Positions 19,545 to 29,774 of a stretch of DNA of 64,000 nucleotides are shown here, in pieces (the stretch's first letter is position 1; each line of letters begins with the position of its first letter). The position numbers and the translations under genes were made by a program. The notes beneath the pieces were generated by a model. It did no database searches. It was given only the letters and a program-made list of their open reading frames with translations, and had not been told where the DNA came from. This DNA is from a virus: the IMG/VR virus record IMGVR_UViG_3300024262_000019, positions 1-64,000 of that record, one strand, 5' to 3'.

Positions 19545-21488
19545 TTAGGCCCTGGCAACAACACAGATAACATCATTGTTTTTAATCTTAAATTCGAACT
19601 TCAACTCAGCACTAGTAGTGAGAGTCGTCCCTGGGTAGTAGTCATTGTTAGCGCCCGAGTTGGCTCCACCCTGGAGAAGTTGGCCATTCAGGAACACATC
19701 ATAATCGTCAACAAAGGATCCAGCTGACATGGGAGGTAAATTTACGGTCAGGTTGTTGGCAGTAGTACCTGGCCCACCAACATCGGTATCAGCAGCAATA
19801 TTACCACCACTTCTCTCTGAGTAAGTCTTGGTAATATCAGACGTGGTTAGCGCCTGAACCATCGCGTTTAGAAGAGATACTTCGCCAAATTCAGTCTCAA
19901 AAGCAGACCACTCAGCAGTGGTATCCGCAAGTCGAATACCGTTGAGAGACCATGTGGACGCAGACCGATAAGAATCATCCAGGACAAGCTCAGCACCACC
20001 AACCATGCGAAGGTCGGCAGAAGTGGACAGAACTGTAAGTGCGCCACCGGCATCGATCTGGTTTGCAGTTACGCCAACATTGATGGTCGTACCGGCTGCG
20101 CCAGTGTCGAATGAAGCCCCATTGTCAAAATCGTTCGCAACCGCATCAACCCGGAAGGTATCCGTGCCGGGAGCTACGAATACCTCAGAGGTGCCGCCAC
20201 CACTTCCTTCTACGACCTGGAATAGATCCGCATTGAGATTGTCTCTAACACTCCATTCAATACCAGTGCCAAGGTCCAGATCAGCATTTGTTGCCAACTC
20301 AACAGGAGTGGTCCCCTGGTTGTCGTAGCCAATTTTACGAGTAACCGTCGCCGAACCAGCACCAATGTCGATAGCGGCTGAGTTGAGGAAATCATCCTCG
20401 CTCAAACCCTCGTATCGAACTCGCTCGCGGTAGCAGTAGTTGATGGTCTTGCCACCAATGTCCGTACCATCCGCAAGAATAAGGTCGTCATTCGTAGTGT
20501 TTGCATGAACAAACGAAATCTGGACTCTGGTCGTGGTCGTATCTGTGATTGTGTGACCATCGGTGATGGTTTCGGACTGGAACAGTCCCCAAATTCGCTT
20601 ACCTTCGGTAGACAGGATAGGATCGCCTGTAGCGCCATCCACAATCTCCAGCAGGTTCTTGGGCTTGAGAGTAGTAGAACCAGCAACCTCGACTAGCGAT
20701 ATAGTTCCAAAGGTAGCCTCGTAGGCGACTACGGTTCCAAGGGTCGTTACGGCACCAACTGCCGCAGTCGTGTTGGTTGGTAGCTCTCCTGCGCCTAGGA
20801 TAACAACATCGCCCGCACCGCCAGATGTGGTAGGCGAACCCCAGGCGCCGTTGGCCAAGCCTTCAGTTACAGAGTCACCATTGGACTGAGTACCTGTGAT
20901 GATGGACGAAGCATCCAGCGTGTCGCCGGCTCCAGCGGCACCTGAATAGGTACCGATGGTTGTGGCAGCAGCATATAGCGAACCAGCACCGGCAGCCAAG
21001 TTCATGGCTGCGATGAGGTTGTCGATAGAGTCAGAGGCAGATGCACCGATAAGGACATTACCGTCCACGTTGGTGAGTACTGTCTGGAAGGTGTAAACCT
21101 TGCCGTCGATAGTGACGGTCTCCGTATCGGCAGCGTTTGCTGTCAGCGTCAAAGTTTCTGTGGCCGAAGTAGCGGCAGGAACCGAAACATCAGACAGGAG
21201 CTGAACACAGCGAAGGATTCGCTTCTTCTCCACTGCGTGAAGAGCGGTATTTAGATCGTTGACACCACGCTGAGTACCAGTCTCCAGGGTGGAGGGGACG
21301 TTGAGATCATCCCACCAGTTGCCGGCCTGATTCTTCAACAGGTTGTGCATCTGAGACCGCATATTGTTGAGGTCGGTCTCTATGTTGGTTGGATTCGTCT
21401 CGAACGCAGCCTCTGTAGGCGTCAAAGAATCGTCGTAAAGATCCGAGTTTCGGACCTGTGTGTCTTGTCTTAGGAATGTACGAGCCAT
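19545..21488 (-). CDS. putative virion structural protein with inserted plug-in domain
   Basis: 647 aa, GGGGAG RBS; 20817-21164 encodes a domain shared with the tail sheath; C-terminal VFLNGQL module. Confidence 0.7.
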   Translation of the reverse strand: MARTFLRQDTQVRNSDLYDDSLTPTEAAFETNPTNIETDLNNMRSQMHNLLKNQAGNWWDDLNVPSTLETGTQRGVNDLNTALHAVEKKRILRCVQLLSDVSVPAATSATETLTLTANAADTETVTIDGKVYTFQTVLTNVDGNVLIGASASDSIDNLIAAMNLAAGAGSLYAAATTIGTYSGAAGAGDTLDASSIITGTQSNGDSVTEGLANGAWGSPTTSGGAGDVVILGAGELPTNTTAAVGAVTTLGTVVAYEATFGTISLVEVAGSTTLKPKNLLEIVDGATGDPILSTEGKRIWGLFQSETITDGHTITDTTTTRVQISFVHANTTNDDLILADGTDIGGKTINYCYRERVRYEGLSEDDFLNSAAIDIGAGSATVTRKIGYDNQGTTPVELATNADLDLGTGIEWSVRDNLNADLFQVVEGSGGGTSEVFVAPGTDTFRVDAVANDFDNGASFDTGAAGTTINVGVTANQIDAGGALTVLSTSADLRMVGGAELVLDDSYRSASTWSLNGIRLADTTAEWSAFETEFGEVSLLNAMVQALTTSDITKTYSERSGGNIAADTDVGGPGTTANNLTVNLPPMSAGSFVDDYDVFLNGQLLQGGANSGANNDYYPGTTLTTSAELKFEFKIKNNDVICVVARA

Positions 21489-21757
21489 GATTTATCTCCC
21501 CTGATTTTGATGCGGCCCGGCAGATGGCCCTGTGAATGTTTTACAGTGACTATCCAATTTTATTCTTGGATCTAAGCCACGACATCGGCAGCTGAATGCT
21601 GCCCAGGGTACTGCTATCCCTTAAATCATCATTCGAATCGACAAGATGAAGAATATATTACTGATGAAAATCTTGCTCAGACATACATGCCCTCCTCGAA
21701 CATGTTGCAAAACAAGGCACTAGTACCTATCCAAGCGAATACAGAGGATACCTATAG

Positions 21758-22624
21758 TTAGATAGATACGCTTACTACTTGAATCTCGGCATCGTACAGC
21801 TCCACTGTTTCCGTAGCACTTCCGGGAGCAACATCTAGCGAGATTTGCACCTCGTAGATCTTCTCCACTAAATCCACCTCGCCGGCACCCGCTCCCTCGA
21901 CCAGGGTAACCTCATCCTTGGCAAGCTCAGTAGTCGTAAAAGCAAGCGTCGCAATCACCTCGGAGTCAGTCACGTTGTAGAGAACCACCGAGGTTGCAAT
22001 GCCAACATCACCGTTGGCGGCCACGGCCCGAAACGTGATAACCCGAGAATACCCAGGCTTGTCATAATCAAGAGGGTTGAAGGCTATGCCTCCGGCCACG
22101 AGAGGAGTCGTCGAGTTGTGGCTCACCCTGCTGGCAATATGGGCAATCTCTATGGACTTAGTACCAGGTACAGTCCCCCAAAACAGAGACTTACTCTCAC
22201 CGTCCGCAATCCTTCCACCGTTAGCCCAGTAAACAGAATCCCCATTACGGATACACAGCGTATAGGCGTTGTCCGTATTTGGGGCGGTAGCCGCAACGGC
22301 AGGACTAGTGGATATGCTTTGAGTGGGCGACCTAGTGAGATTGATATACCCAACCTCGCCATCGGCAAGAGTGATGCTCGTGGCAGCAATGACTATTTTG
22401 AAGCCCGCGATGGGAGATAGAATCTCAATATCCGAAGACCAGGTTACGATACCGGTACCAGCATCGAACGAGACCGTGCCTCCGCCCGAAAACGTAAGAT
22501 GCCTATCTTCTCGACTCGCATAACCAGACGAGTCCTGACCGATGACCATCTGATCGAACTTCTCGTACCAAGGGTCATCATCCCTGGCCGGATACGACCA
22601 CTGCATTTTGTTTGAATTAGGCAC
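21758..22624 (-). CDS. putative fibre/appendage protein, paralogue of 27696-28880
   Basis: N-terminal ~150 aa closely match 27696-28880 (KMQWSYP..DDDPWYEKF.QMV.GQDSSGYA.REDR); different C-terminus. Confidence 0.7.
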   Translation of the reverse strand: MPNSNKMQWSYPARDDDPWYEKFDQMVIGQDSSGYASREDRHLTFSGGGTVSFDAGTGIVTWSSDIEILSPIAGFKIVIAATSITLADGEVGYINLTRSPTQSISTSPAVAATAPNTDNAYTLCIRNGDSVYWANGGRIADGESKSLFWGTVPGTKSIEIAHIASRVSHNSTTPLVAGGIAFNPLDYDKPGYSRVITFRAVAANGDVGIATSVVLYNVTDSEVIATLAFTTTELAKDEVTLVEGAGAGEVDLVEKIYEVQISLDVAPGSATETVELYDAEIQVVSVSI

Positions 22625-22632
22625 TAATCATC

Positions 22633-23517
22633 CTATGGCTTGTACGCAATCTTAACGCCCTGCTCGGAAAGAGATCTAGCGTGGTCCACGCATTCATCCC
22701 ATGAAGACAGGAGACTTGCATACTTAGTCAACTCTTCGCTGAACTCTAACTCAGACAAATGCGACAAGAGCTTATCTCCTGCAGCGCCAAGAGAACCTTG
22801 GCCAACCAAACCATGAATCAGATCTAGTATCGGAGTATGCAATGAGTCAAGCGAACCAACTGGACCCATCCCGTGGACTGACAGGGGTATATCCAATGGC
22901 AAGCTATTTGGATCACAGGTCCTCATCAGGAACCAGGGAACTCCCTGCCCCCATCCGTGCGATGGGATGAACGGAGGAATGTTACACCTTCTACTTTTAT
23001 AGAAGCACCCATTCCCGCTAGAAGGTGACACACCCCATGTTCCTGTCCTCGATACTCCTCCAGTAGACATTTTTCCGATCAAATCGAACTTCCTAACGAT
23101 AGGAGGCTTGGGGTCCGACTCAGTAATCAGCATCGAAGATGCCATCTCAAACCTGGTATCGGAATCAATGAATAGGGCAGACCTACTGGAGGTTGCCAGA
23201 AGCCCCATATTCACCAGGCCACCCACCTTGGGAGATCCATTTCCTATTGCATATCCAAGATTCTGGCAATCCACCTTCCTTAGATATCTCTTATGCTCTC
23301 GACCCGAGGCAAACGCGCCATTGAGCTTGTACTTCCGACACACCCTAGAGAGAGAATCCTTGGATGCATTACTCTCCACTGCTACATCCGTTGAGTCCAA
23401 TACCAATATCTCTGGTCTGTGGCCATTCAGGATGAAGCTATCGACGTATGGAGTTATGCAATCATCGAAGCAAGATGACTGTCCATGAACCACGAATACT
23501 ACGACATCTATCCCCAT
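22633..23517 (-). CDS. glycosyltransferase-like protein (GT-A-like, divergent)
   Basis: N-terminal hydrophobic strand VVVFVV, EILVLDS, N..LLA...ALFIDSD (DxD) arrangement as in GT2-like folds; product call tentative. Confidence 0.45.
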   Translation of the reverse strand: MGIDVVVFVVHGQSSCFDDCITPYVDSFILNGHRPEILVLDSTDVAVESNASKDSLSRVCRKYKLNGAFASGREHKRYLRKVDCQNLGYAIGNGSPKVGGLVNMGLLATSSRSALFIDSDTRFEMASSMLITESDPKPPIVRKFDLIGKMSTGGVSRTGTWGVSPSSGNGCFYKSRRCNIPPFIPSHGWGQGVPWFLMRTCDPNSLPLDIPLSVHGMGPVGSLDSLHTPILDLIHGLVGQGSLGAAGDKLLSHLSELEFSEELTKYASLLSSWDECVDHARSLSEQGVKIAYKP

Positions 23518-23519
23518 AC

Positions 23520-23825
23520 CTAGCAGATCACAATTGACACCACGACATTGCTGAGAGCCAGGGAATTCCCAGGATACTCCGCAAGCGCAGTGTCTATTTC
23601 AATAGCATCCCAGTACACCATACGGGACAGGTCGCTGTCATATCCTCGCATGCGATACAGGGCTCCGCCTACTGGCCCAGCCTCCGACAGGTATACAATT
23701 GGAAGCTCGGGCTCCTGATTTACCTCAATAACTTCTGAGATCGCAAACTTGGCGATCGTATCCTGTGACAGGTAGATCAATCGAGGAGCGTAATCCGTAG
23801 CGAGGTCTGCATCTTTAGCTGCCAT
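23520..23825 (-). CDS. hypothetical protein
   Basis: probable start MAAKD at 23825 through TAATG coupling with the upstream gene. Confidence 0.6.
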   Translation of the reverse strand: MAAKDADLATDYAPRLIYLSQDTIAKFAISEVIEVNQEPELPIVYLSEAGPVGGALYRMRGYDSDLSRMVYWDAIEIDTALAEYPGNSLALSNVVVSIVIC

Positions 23826-24859
23826 TACCTTAGCCTCGGTAATGACTCGGTCGAGTCCCACGGGACTATAATAGAATCCCCGCAGAACCACTTAATAGGA
23901 CCGCCTATTGTATCCCCAAATCCCTGTCTATACTGGCCTAGCGGAGCCCAGTATATGTCAGGTACCGTTCCGTAGTAGCCGCGAATGGTAAGGTTGCTAG
24001 CATACAGTTCGCACGGACCAACAATTGTACTGCGGTCTTGAGGTATGCGGATCTGACTTTGAATACCTACATTATTCCAACCCCTCCCGCCGAGATAGAG
24101 AGTGCGGTTGACCCCGCTAATTACCCCATTCCACGACGCAGTCGTGTAGTGGTCTGCGTTGCCCATCTTTGTCTCGGATATGGTTTCGTAGATGTTTGCC
24201 CCATCTATCATCGTCCACACCAATCCGCCTTGCAGTGCTGCAGGAGCGTTGTCCACTACCGAGAACGCAAAGAAGTGCGGGTTACCCTGCTCCTGCAAGG
24301 TCATGAAGTAGAACTGAGACTTATCAGCGGAGTAGCACGCATGTATAGCCGTAGTGTAGCTGCCTTCACTGATCATTCCTCCCTGACTAGATATTCTATG
24401 GTTTACCTGGTCGGGCGCTAGTGGAGTAACTGAGGTGGTACCGTCTGTACCCCCGTTGATCGCCATGAAACTACCAGAGGGTGATGTCCTAGCGATGTAA
24501 TATTCTGGGTTATTATTCCATGGTTGGGATATTCCTATCACGACCTGCATGACACCCATGATAGGGGGGCACTGAAGTACTATCCAAGGTCGCAGTGAAC
24601 TATCGGGTAATACAGGAGTGGTCCACGTGTCCGTACCAGCTCCGCCTCCTATACCATCAACTAGATCGCGGTCGCCGTCGTTGAAGGTAGACCCTGAACC
24701 TGGGTAGCTACCCATGACGGTCCAGCCTCCTGCGACGAAAGCCTCCTTCGTGCGGTGATACCACTCTCTGGAAATGCTGTCGTTGATACCATCAGCGTTC
24801 GCGTCGTAGGCGCGTTCCCAGTGATAGAATGAATAAGCCTGTGAGTGTGCTAGTGCCAT
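23825..24859 (-). CDS. putative virion protein, paralogue of 24868-25899
   Basis: 344 aa; shares K.A....WTV..S, D.W, WIVLQ, P.A.D and (G)T.(P/F)D.YW motifs with its neighbour. Confidence 0.65.
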   Translation of the reverse strand: MALAHSQAYSFYHWERAYDANADGINDSISREWYHRTKEAFVAGGWTVMGSYPGSGSTFNDGDRDLVDGIGGGAGTDTWTTPVLPDSSLRPWIVLQCPPIMGVMQVVIGISQPWNNNPEYYIARTSPSGSFMAINGGTDGTTSVTPLAPDQVNHRISSQGGMISEGSYTTAIHACYSADKSQFYFMTLQEQGNPHFFAFSVVDNAPAALQGGLVWTMIDGANIYETISETKMGNADHYTTASWNGVISGVNRTLYLGGRGWNNVGIQSQIRIPQDRSTIVGPCELYASNLTIRGYYGTVPDIYWAPLGQYRQGFGDTIGGPIKWFCGDSIIVPWDSTESLPRLR

Positions 24860-24867
24860 GATGATTC

Positions 24868-25899
24868 CTAGGTGTAAGAGAGGTCCGTGGCACTGTCGTC
24901 AAGCCAGCCCCATACGCAGTCACCCACACAGACGAAGGTTCGGTTCCCCGCCAGGGGCATTGTGTCCAGATCTAATAGATGGGCGCCAGATACGTTTCGA
25001 CTACACCAGTACCAGTCGAAAAGCGTGCCACCCTGGTTTCGGTTTGGGTAAGTAGAGTCATGCAACGTGCCTCCGTAGAGAAGCGGGTTACTTCCCACCT
25101 CTTGTGGATAATCAACGATCTCATTACCAATGAGCATTGGCCCACTCATGCGAAAGGTTGACGCCCCATCAGCACTGGTAGCATTGTGAGCAAGCCGAGT
25201 CCAGAACGTCTCTGTGTCTTGCATAGTCTCCCACCGGAAGACATTCAGGCTGCTGGCTACAGTGGTTCTCTGCACATACCATAGAGCCGGAACTGGCCAA
25301 TTTGCATTGGGTAAGCGTGGCTTCTCGAATCCCATGGCAGTACAAGGAACTCCGGTAGCCTGATTGGATATGACTATCCGGGTACATTCCCCGTCATTCG
25401 ATTGAATGCAGGTCAATACCTTGTCCGTCGGAGATGCGCCCTGTGCTCCGATCCAACCAGTAATAGTTCCAGCATGCTCATCCGATGCCGTCGGCCTAGC
25501 AGTAATCGTTCCTCCGGTAAAACCCTGTGAAAAGCTTACGCCCATGTAGACGTCTTCACGGTTTGAATCGTCTGCTGCTAATATCTCCAGCGAGATCAGC
25601 AGCTGAAAATTGGCGTGAATTCCAGTCTGCTGAAGGACTATCCAGCTATGAGCCGTACCAGCAGTGGTGGCCCATACGAGATTGGCACTCGTAACCCAGT
25701 TATCGGAAGCATCTGCTGTCACGCTGTCAGATGAACTAACCACCGTCCATGGTGCAGTATCAAAGGTGATTAGCGCATCCTTGATGGCCAGCAACGTATC
25801 CTTCTGAAGATTAGCCGCCAGGATAGCCTGATTAACCAGATCTGTGCCGCCGGGCGTAGTTCCGCCCTGCCAAGTCTTCTGTAGTGCTGGTAATGCCAT
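24868..25899 (-). CDS. putative virion protein, paralogue of 23825-24859
   Basis: 343 aa; HSWIVLQ, FTGGT.TARPTASDE, GTLFDWYW. Confidence 0.65.
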   Translation of the reverse strand: MALPALQKTWQGGTTPGGTDLVNQAILAANLQKDTLLAIKDALITFDTAPWTVVSSSDSVTADASDNWVTSANLVWATTAGTAHSWIVLQQTGIHANFQLLISLEILAADDSNREDVYMGVSFSQGFTGGTITARPTASDEHAGTITGWIGAQGASPTDKVLTCIQSNDGECTRIVISNQATGVPCTAMGFEKPRLPNANWPVPALWYVQRTTVASSLNVFRWETMQDTETFWTRLAHNATSADGASTFRMSGPMLIGNEIVDYPQEVGSNPLLYGGTLHDSTYPNRNQGGTLFDWYWCSRNVSGAHLLDLDTMPLAGNRTFVCVGDCVWGWLDDSATDLSYT

Positions 25900-25991
25900 G
25901 CGTAGATTCCGTTTGAATATCTCCGCCTGTAGTTATGCCACTACAAGGCAGATCTTGTCCACTCGATAGGTTCCACTACTATGACCACAGC

Positions 25992-26687
25992 CTATGCATT
26001 GAGTCTTGAGTTTGAGTACCAAGAGTCGTGGAAATCGGCTGGGCTAATCGAGAAACTTGGAGACTGTGCGCCTCTACTATCGTACAGCCGATACCAAGCG
26101 CTGAGAATTCTGTCCTGGGTGGTTCCACCAAGGACGGCTCCATCTGCCCGAGCTGCCAGCGTGTAGTCAGTAGGTTCGCCCGAGATTGTTGCGTCGCTGG
26201 TTCCTGTACGATTGAGCCATCCAAAGAGTATGGACATAGAAGTAGCGTCGCTCTCGGTGTGCGACCCTAGCTGTCTCGTTGTGACGCTGCCTTGTTCAAA
26301 GTTGTGAGTGTGGTGTGTTGCCGAGGCCGCATTGCGGAACACCATGGCAACTCCAAACTTGGGATCAGATGCCTGCGCATTGGCTGTCATTGTCACGCTG
26401 GTCTCACCACCTGCGGCCACTTTGTAGAAAGAGCCAGCAGCATTACTGGACCAGTTCTGTGCGCCTAGGGTCGTGAACCCGGCAGCGGTTGGGGAACCGA
26501 AAACACTTCCGGAGTGACCAATGGCGCAGACAATGATGTCTCCAGCAAGAACTCCAGTGAGTCCCGAAACGGTGAGATCGTTGCTGCCGCCTGTGATTTG
26601 GTTGAACTGGGCATCAACTAAAGCAATCGCAGGAAGAGCGACTGGACCCTTCTTCTTGGTCAAGCCTATTGGCGGTACAACAAGCAT
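25992..26687 (-). CDS. putative fibre tip/minor tail protein
   Basis: 231 aa; GV.AGDIIV..I, P..GFT.L, FYKVA.GGE beta-rich pattern; coupled to the upstream fibre gene. Confidence 0.6.
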   Translation of the reverse strand: MLVVPPIGLTKKKGPVALPAIALVDAQFNQITGGSNDLTVSGLTGVLAGDIIVCAIGHSGSVFGSPTAAGFTTLGAQNWSSNAAGSFYKVAAGGETSVTMTANAQASDPKFGVAMVFRNAASATHHTHNFEQGSVTTRQLGSHTESDATSMSILFGWLNRTGTSDATISGEPTDYTLAARADGAVLGGTTQDRILSAWYRLYDSRGAQSPSFSISPADFHDSWYSNSRLNA

Positions 26688-26688
26688 C

Positions 26689-27603
26689 CTAGTGACCGGT
26701 CAGAGCAGTGAGAGCGATTTTAGTTGGAGACAGAACGAAGAAGGTGAGGAGGGTAATTTCCCCTGCTGCCTGGGCGGTAAAGGTTGGAGGCGTCTCATCT
26801 CCCCAGGAGTAGTTAGTTCCAAAGGTGAGATCACGAGCACCTGTGTCGTTGGTGAAGGCAAGGGTCCAACTCATGCCGGCGAGAGCCCCTGTTGCATTGT
26901 CAATCTCACGAGTGGCGCCAACTCCTCCCGTTGCTAGGAGAGTGTACGCATTACGTGCGGTAGCTGCGATGGCAATGTTCGCAGCATCGGTGAGCGTCAG
27001 AGGCTCGGAGTACTGCTGCTTTGTGTAAGCCTGAATAGCATCAAGGATTGCCAGGGTCGCATCTGAAACCTTCGTCTGCAGGTTGGCGATGGTGTCTGCG
27101 GAGTGCTCGGTGCCACCCAGGCCGTGCGAGGTTGGAACTCGTGCATCTGATAGGCGTGGATCTATTGTGTCGATGAGCGTTGCGTCGGAGACTTTAGCAT
27201 TGAGATTTGCAAGAGTGTCGGCAGTATGATCTGCACTACCTAGTGCGTGAGCTGCATTCGATGAGGAGATTTGCAGCTGCTCGTTGGAGCCAGGGTTAAG
27301 CACCGCCAAGGAAATGTTGGTACCAGCGGCAACCTTGGAATTAAGATTCCCTGTCGTTGTGTCCGCCCCCGTCACCTTGACGGAAACATCCGCAGAGACT
27401 GAAGGTGCCTGCCAGCTCGCGTTTGTGGCATCGAGGGCTGTCAGCACCTCCCCAGTTGCTGGCGGTGCAGATCCAGATACGTTTACGTCCGCTCCAGTAG
27501 TAGACAAATTATCCGCAGAACCGCCCGCCGCATCGGCATAGTCCCTTGTTGATACGTCATTGCCGTCGATAGGAGCCTTTGCTTGCTGATGTGCCAGTTT
27601 CAT
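26689..27603 (-). CDS. putative tail fibre protein
   Basis: 304 aa; repeated H.LG...H.ADT.ANL..KVSDATL, DPRLSDAR.PT.H; C-terminal LTDAANIA..GARDLTFG..Y.W....PT domain. Confidence 0.65.
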   Translation of the reverse strand: MKLAHQQAKAPIDGNDVSTRDYADAAGGSADNLSTTGADVNVSGSAPPATGEVLTALDATNASWQAPSVSADVSVKVTGADTTTGNLNSKVAAGTNISLAVLNPGSNEQLQISSSNAAHALGSADHTADTLANLNAKVSDATLIDTIDPRLSDARVPTSHGLGGTEHSADTIANLQTKVSDATLAILDAIQAYTKQQYSEPLTLTDAANIAIAATARNAYTLLATGGVGATREIDNATGALAGMSWTLAFTNDTGARDLTFGTNYSWGDETPPTFTAQAAGEITLLTFFVLSPTKIALTALTGH

Positions 27604-27695
27604 GGGTATCTAAGATCTCCTAGTACTTCGCCAATGATGAATAGGTATCCTTGAAATAGGCAAGTATGCTCTTCGCTCTTAATTGGCGTTGCCAT

Positions 27696-28880
27696 CTATA
27701 TCTCCACCACAAAGAAATAAATGGTTTCAGCATTCGCAGGAGCGACACTTGTCACGACAGTGAAATCATTCACAGTCTTGCCAATCTCTGGAGTATTTAC
27801 TGTAAAGTGAGATCCCACTGTAGCTAGGGTATGGGTGATGATGTAATTCGTCGAAGGCATGGCAGGGGAGAAGGCTACGGTGAAGCTACTTCCGTCAGCT
27901 GGCTGGGTAATCGTCCTGATAATCCTTCTGCTTTCAAACAATCTCGGATCGTTATCGCCAACAGCTATAGGAGCCGTAGCTAGAACTGGATCTAACGAGA
28001 GTCTAGTGATTCCTTTTTCGCTGAGAGAGGCATCCCCATGGCCGCCAGGCGGAAGCAGTATCCCAGAGGCAAGCCCAACGTTAACTGTCAGACCATTGTC
28101 GAGAGTCGATGCCGTCACGAGACCGGAGGCTATAACCTCTACCGTAACCTGGTCACCCACCCCAACAGGGTGAGTTCCTGGAGCCGAAACAGTCTGCTTA
28201 AGAATTGAGTCTGTTGCATTCAAAACAACTGTCATCTTAGTGACAGCGTTGACCTTCACATTGACGGTTATCGTTCCACCCGTCACAGCTTCGATAACTT
28301 CGGCGGAAAGTCCGAACAGCGACCCGGCGACCATCACCCTACCCAGTGTGGATTCACCCGAGAACGCGCCATTGGGAACACCGAAGGTGGTCTCCCTTTC
28401 ATAAGTGTCACCCTGGTTTGCCGACCCTGGGACACCGAATATATTTACAGTCTCACCACTCTCAACCTTAGATCCGTGACGCCAGTAAACGGTAGTCCCT
28501 ACTCTGACCGCCAAGGCCATGGCATTATCCGTATTAGGAACCTGACTGGCCGCAGCCGTACTAACAGTTAAATTCTGAGTAGGTGCTCTAGTCAGATTTA
28601 GATATATGACCTCGCCATCAGCGATAACCACAGTCGTGGCAGCAACGGAAACCTTGAACCCTGAAATCAATGAGTAGAAATCAAGCGCCGCTGACCAAGT
28701 CAGAGCCCCTGAGCTAGAATCAAAGGTGACATCGCCACCGCCACCCATGATGATCTGTCGATCTTCTCGGTTCGCATATCCAGACGAATCCTGCCCGACG
28801 ACCATCTGCCTGAACTTCTCATACCAAGGATCGTCATCTTGGCCCGGATAGGACCATTGCATCTTGCTCGTATTAGGCAC
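27696..28880 (-). CDS. putative fibre/appendage protein, paralogue of 21758-22624
   Basis: 394 aa; shared N-terminal domain, AS.SEKGITRLS and GDNDPRL fibre motifs, C-terminal H-lectin-like beta domain. Confidence 0.7.
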   Translation of the reverse strand: MPNTSKMQWSYPGQDDDPWYEKFRQMVVGQDSSGYANREDRQIIMGGGGDVTFDSSSGALTWSAALDFYSLISGFKVSVAATTVVIADGEVIYLNLTRAPTQNLTVSTAAASQVPNTDNAMALAVRVGTTVYWRHGSKVESGETVNIFGVPGSANQGDTYERETTFGVPNGAFSGESTLGRVMVAGSLFGLSAEVIEAVTGGTITVNVKVNAVTKMTVVLNATDSILKQTVSAPGTHPVGVGDQVTVEVIASGLVTASTLDNGLTVNVGLASGILLPPGGHGDASLSEKGITRLSLDPVLATAPIAVGDNDPRLFESRRIIRTITQPADGSSFTVAFSPAMPSTNYIITHTLATVGSHFTVNTPEIGKTVNDFTVVTSVAPANAETIYFFVVEI

Positions 28881-29763
28881 TTTCAGATCTCACAGAGACT
28901 AGGTTCAGCTCTTTCATCACATCGAAGGTCCGTCGATACGGCCTAGCGTCATCGCCAAGCAATATCGACCCGTCCACAACACTATCCCTAATAGCCTTCA
29001 ATCTTTTTAGGACCCGATCTCCATCTCGATCCATGAAGTAATAGTCAGGCCCAGTAAAAGTAGGCACTCGGCGCTTCAGATACTCGTCGCTGACCCTTCC
29101 ATACTTCCAGTAAGATATTGCGATACCCATGGAGTATCCTCGGTACTCAAGCTTGGCTCGCCATGGGGAACTCATGGGCAAGAGAGGCAGAAATGACCCA
29201 ACGGCAAGCAATGCCAGCCACTCGACAAGCCATATGCTGAGGCCGACATATCCGATCACCGATAGCCCAGCCATTCCGAAGAAGACTGCCTTCGCCAGCG
29301 CTTTCCTGCGGTTCAGCCTCTTCTGATCTTTCTCCGTACTGGAGGGCCTAAGGAGCGCCAGGACGCCATAAGAGAGCGCTAGTCCACCGACAAGTGCTGC
29401 TACTGGAATCCAGCCACCTAGGGCCGCAAAGAGCGCCAGGAGGGGGATGAAGAGAACCTCGAACATGGCGTAGCCAAGCTTGAACTTCAACCCCTGCTTC
29501 TCATCGTCGTAGATGTGGACACCCTCATGGGCAAGCACGCGAGCATAGTTACGATAATTGGCCTTAAGGTCTTCCTCGCTCGTGAAATACACTGAAGTTC
29601 CAAGAGTCGTCGTATAGCCATCGTTGAATCGATCGTTGAATGGATACGCCAGGAGTCCAAGTGATTTCATCAACTTGCTCTTGTCCTTGAAGCGAACAGA
29701 GAACGATGGATGATCTGCCTTGATGGATTCCGCTATCTTCTCAAAGAGAATCTTGTCCGTCAT
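28873..29763 (-). CDS. membrane-anchored zinc metallopeptidase-like protein
   Basis: VLAHEGVH (HExxH) motif, downstream LEYRGY third-ligand-like motif, about four hydrophobic segments between them; GGGAGG RBS. Confidence 0.7.
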   Translation of the reverse strand: MTDKILFEKIAESIKADHPSFSVRFKDKSKLMKSLGLLAYPFNDRFNDGYTTTLGTSVYFTSEEDLKANYRNYARVLAHEGVHIYDDEKQGLKFKLGYAMFEVLFIPLLALFAALGGWIPVAALVGGLALSYGVLALLRPSSTEKDQKRLNRRKALAKAVFFGMAGLSVIGYVGLSIWLVEWLALLAVGSFLPLLPMSSPWRAKLEYRGYSMGIAISYWKYGRVSDEYLKRRVPTFTGPDYYFMDRDGDRVLKRLKAIRDSVVDGSILLGDDARPYRRTFDVMKELNLVSVRSESA

Positions 29764-29774
29764 GTCCGCCTCCC

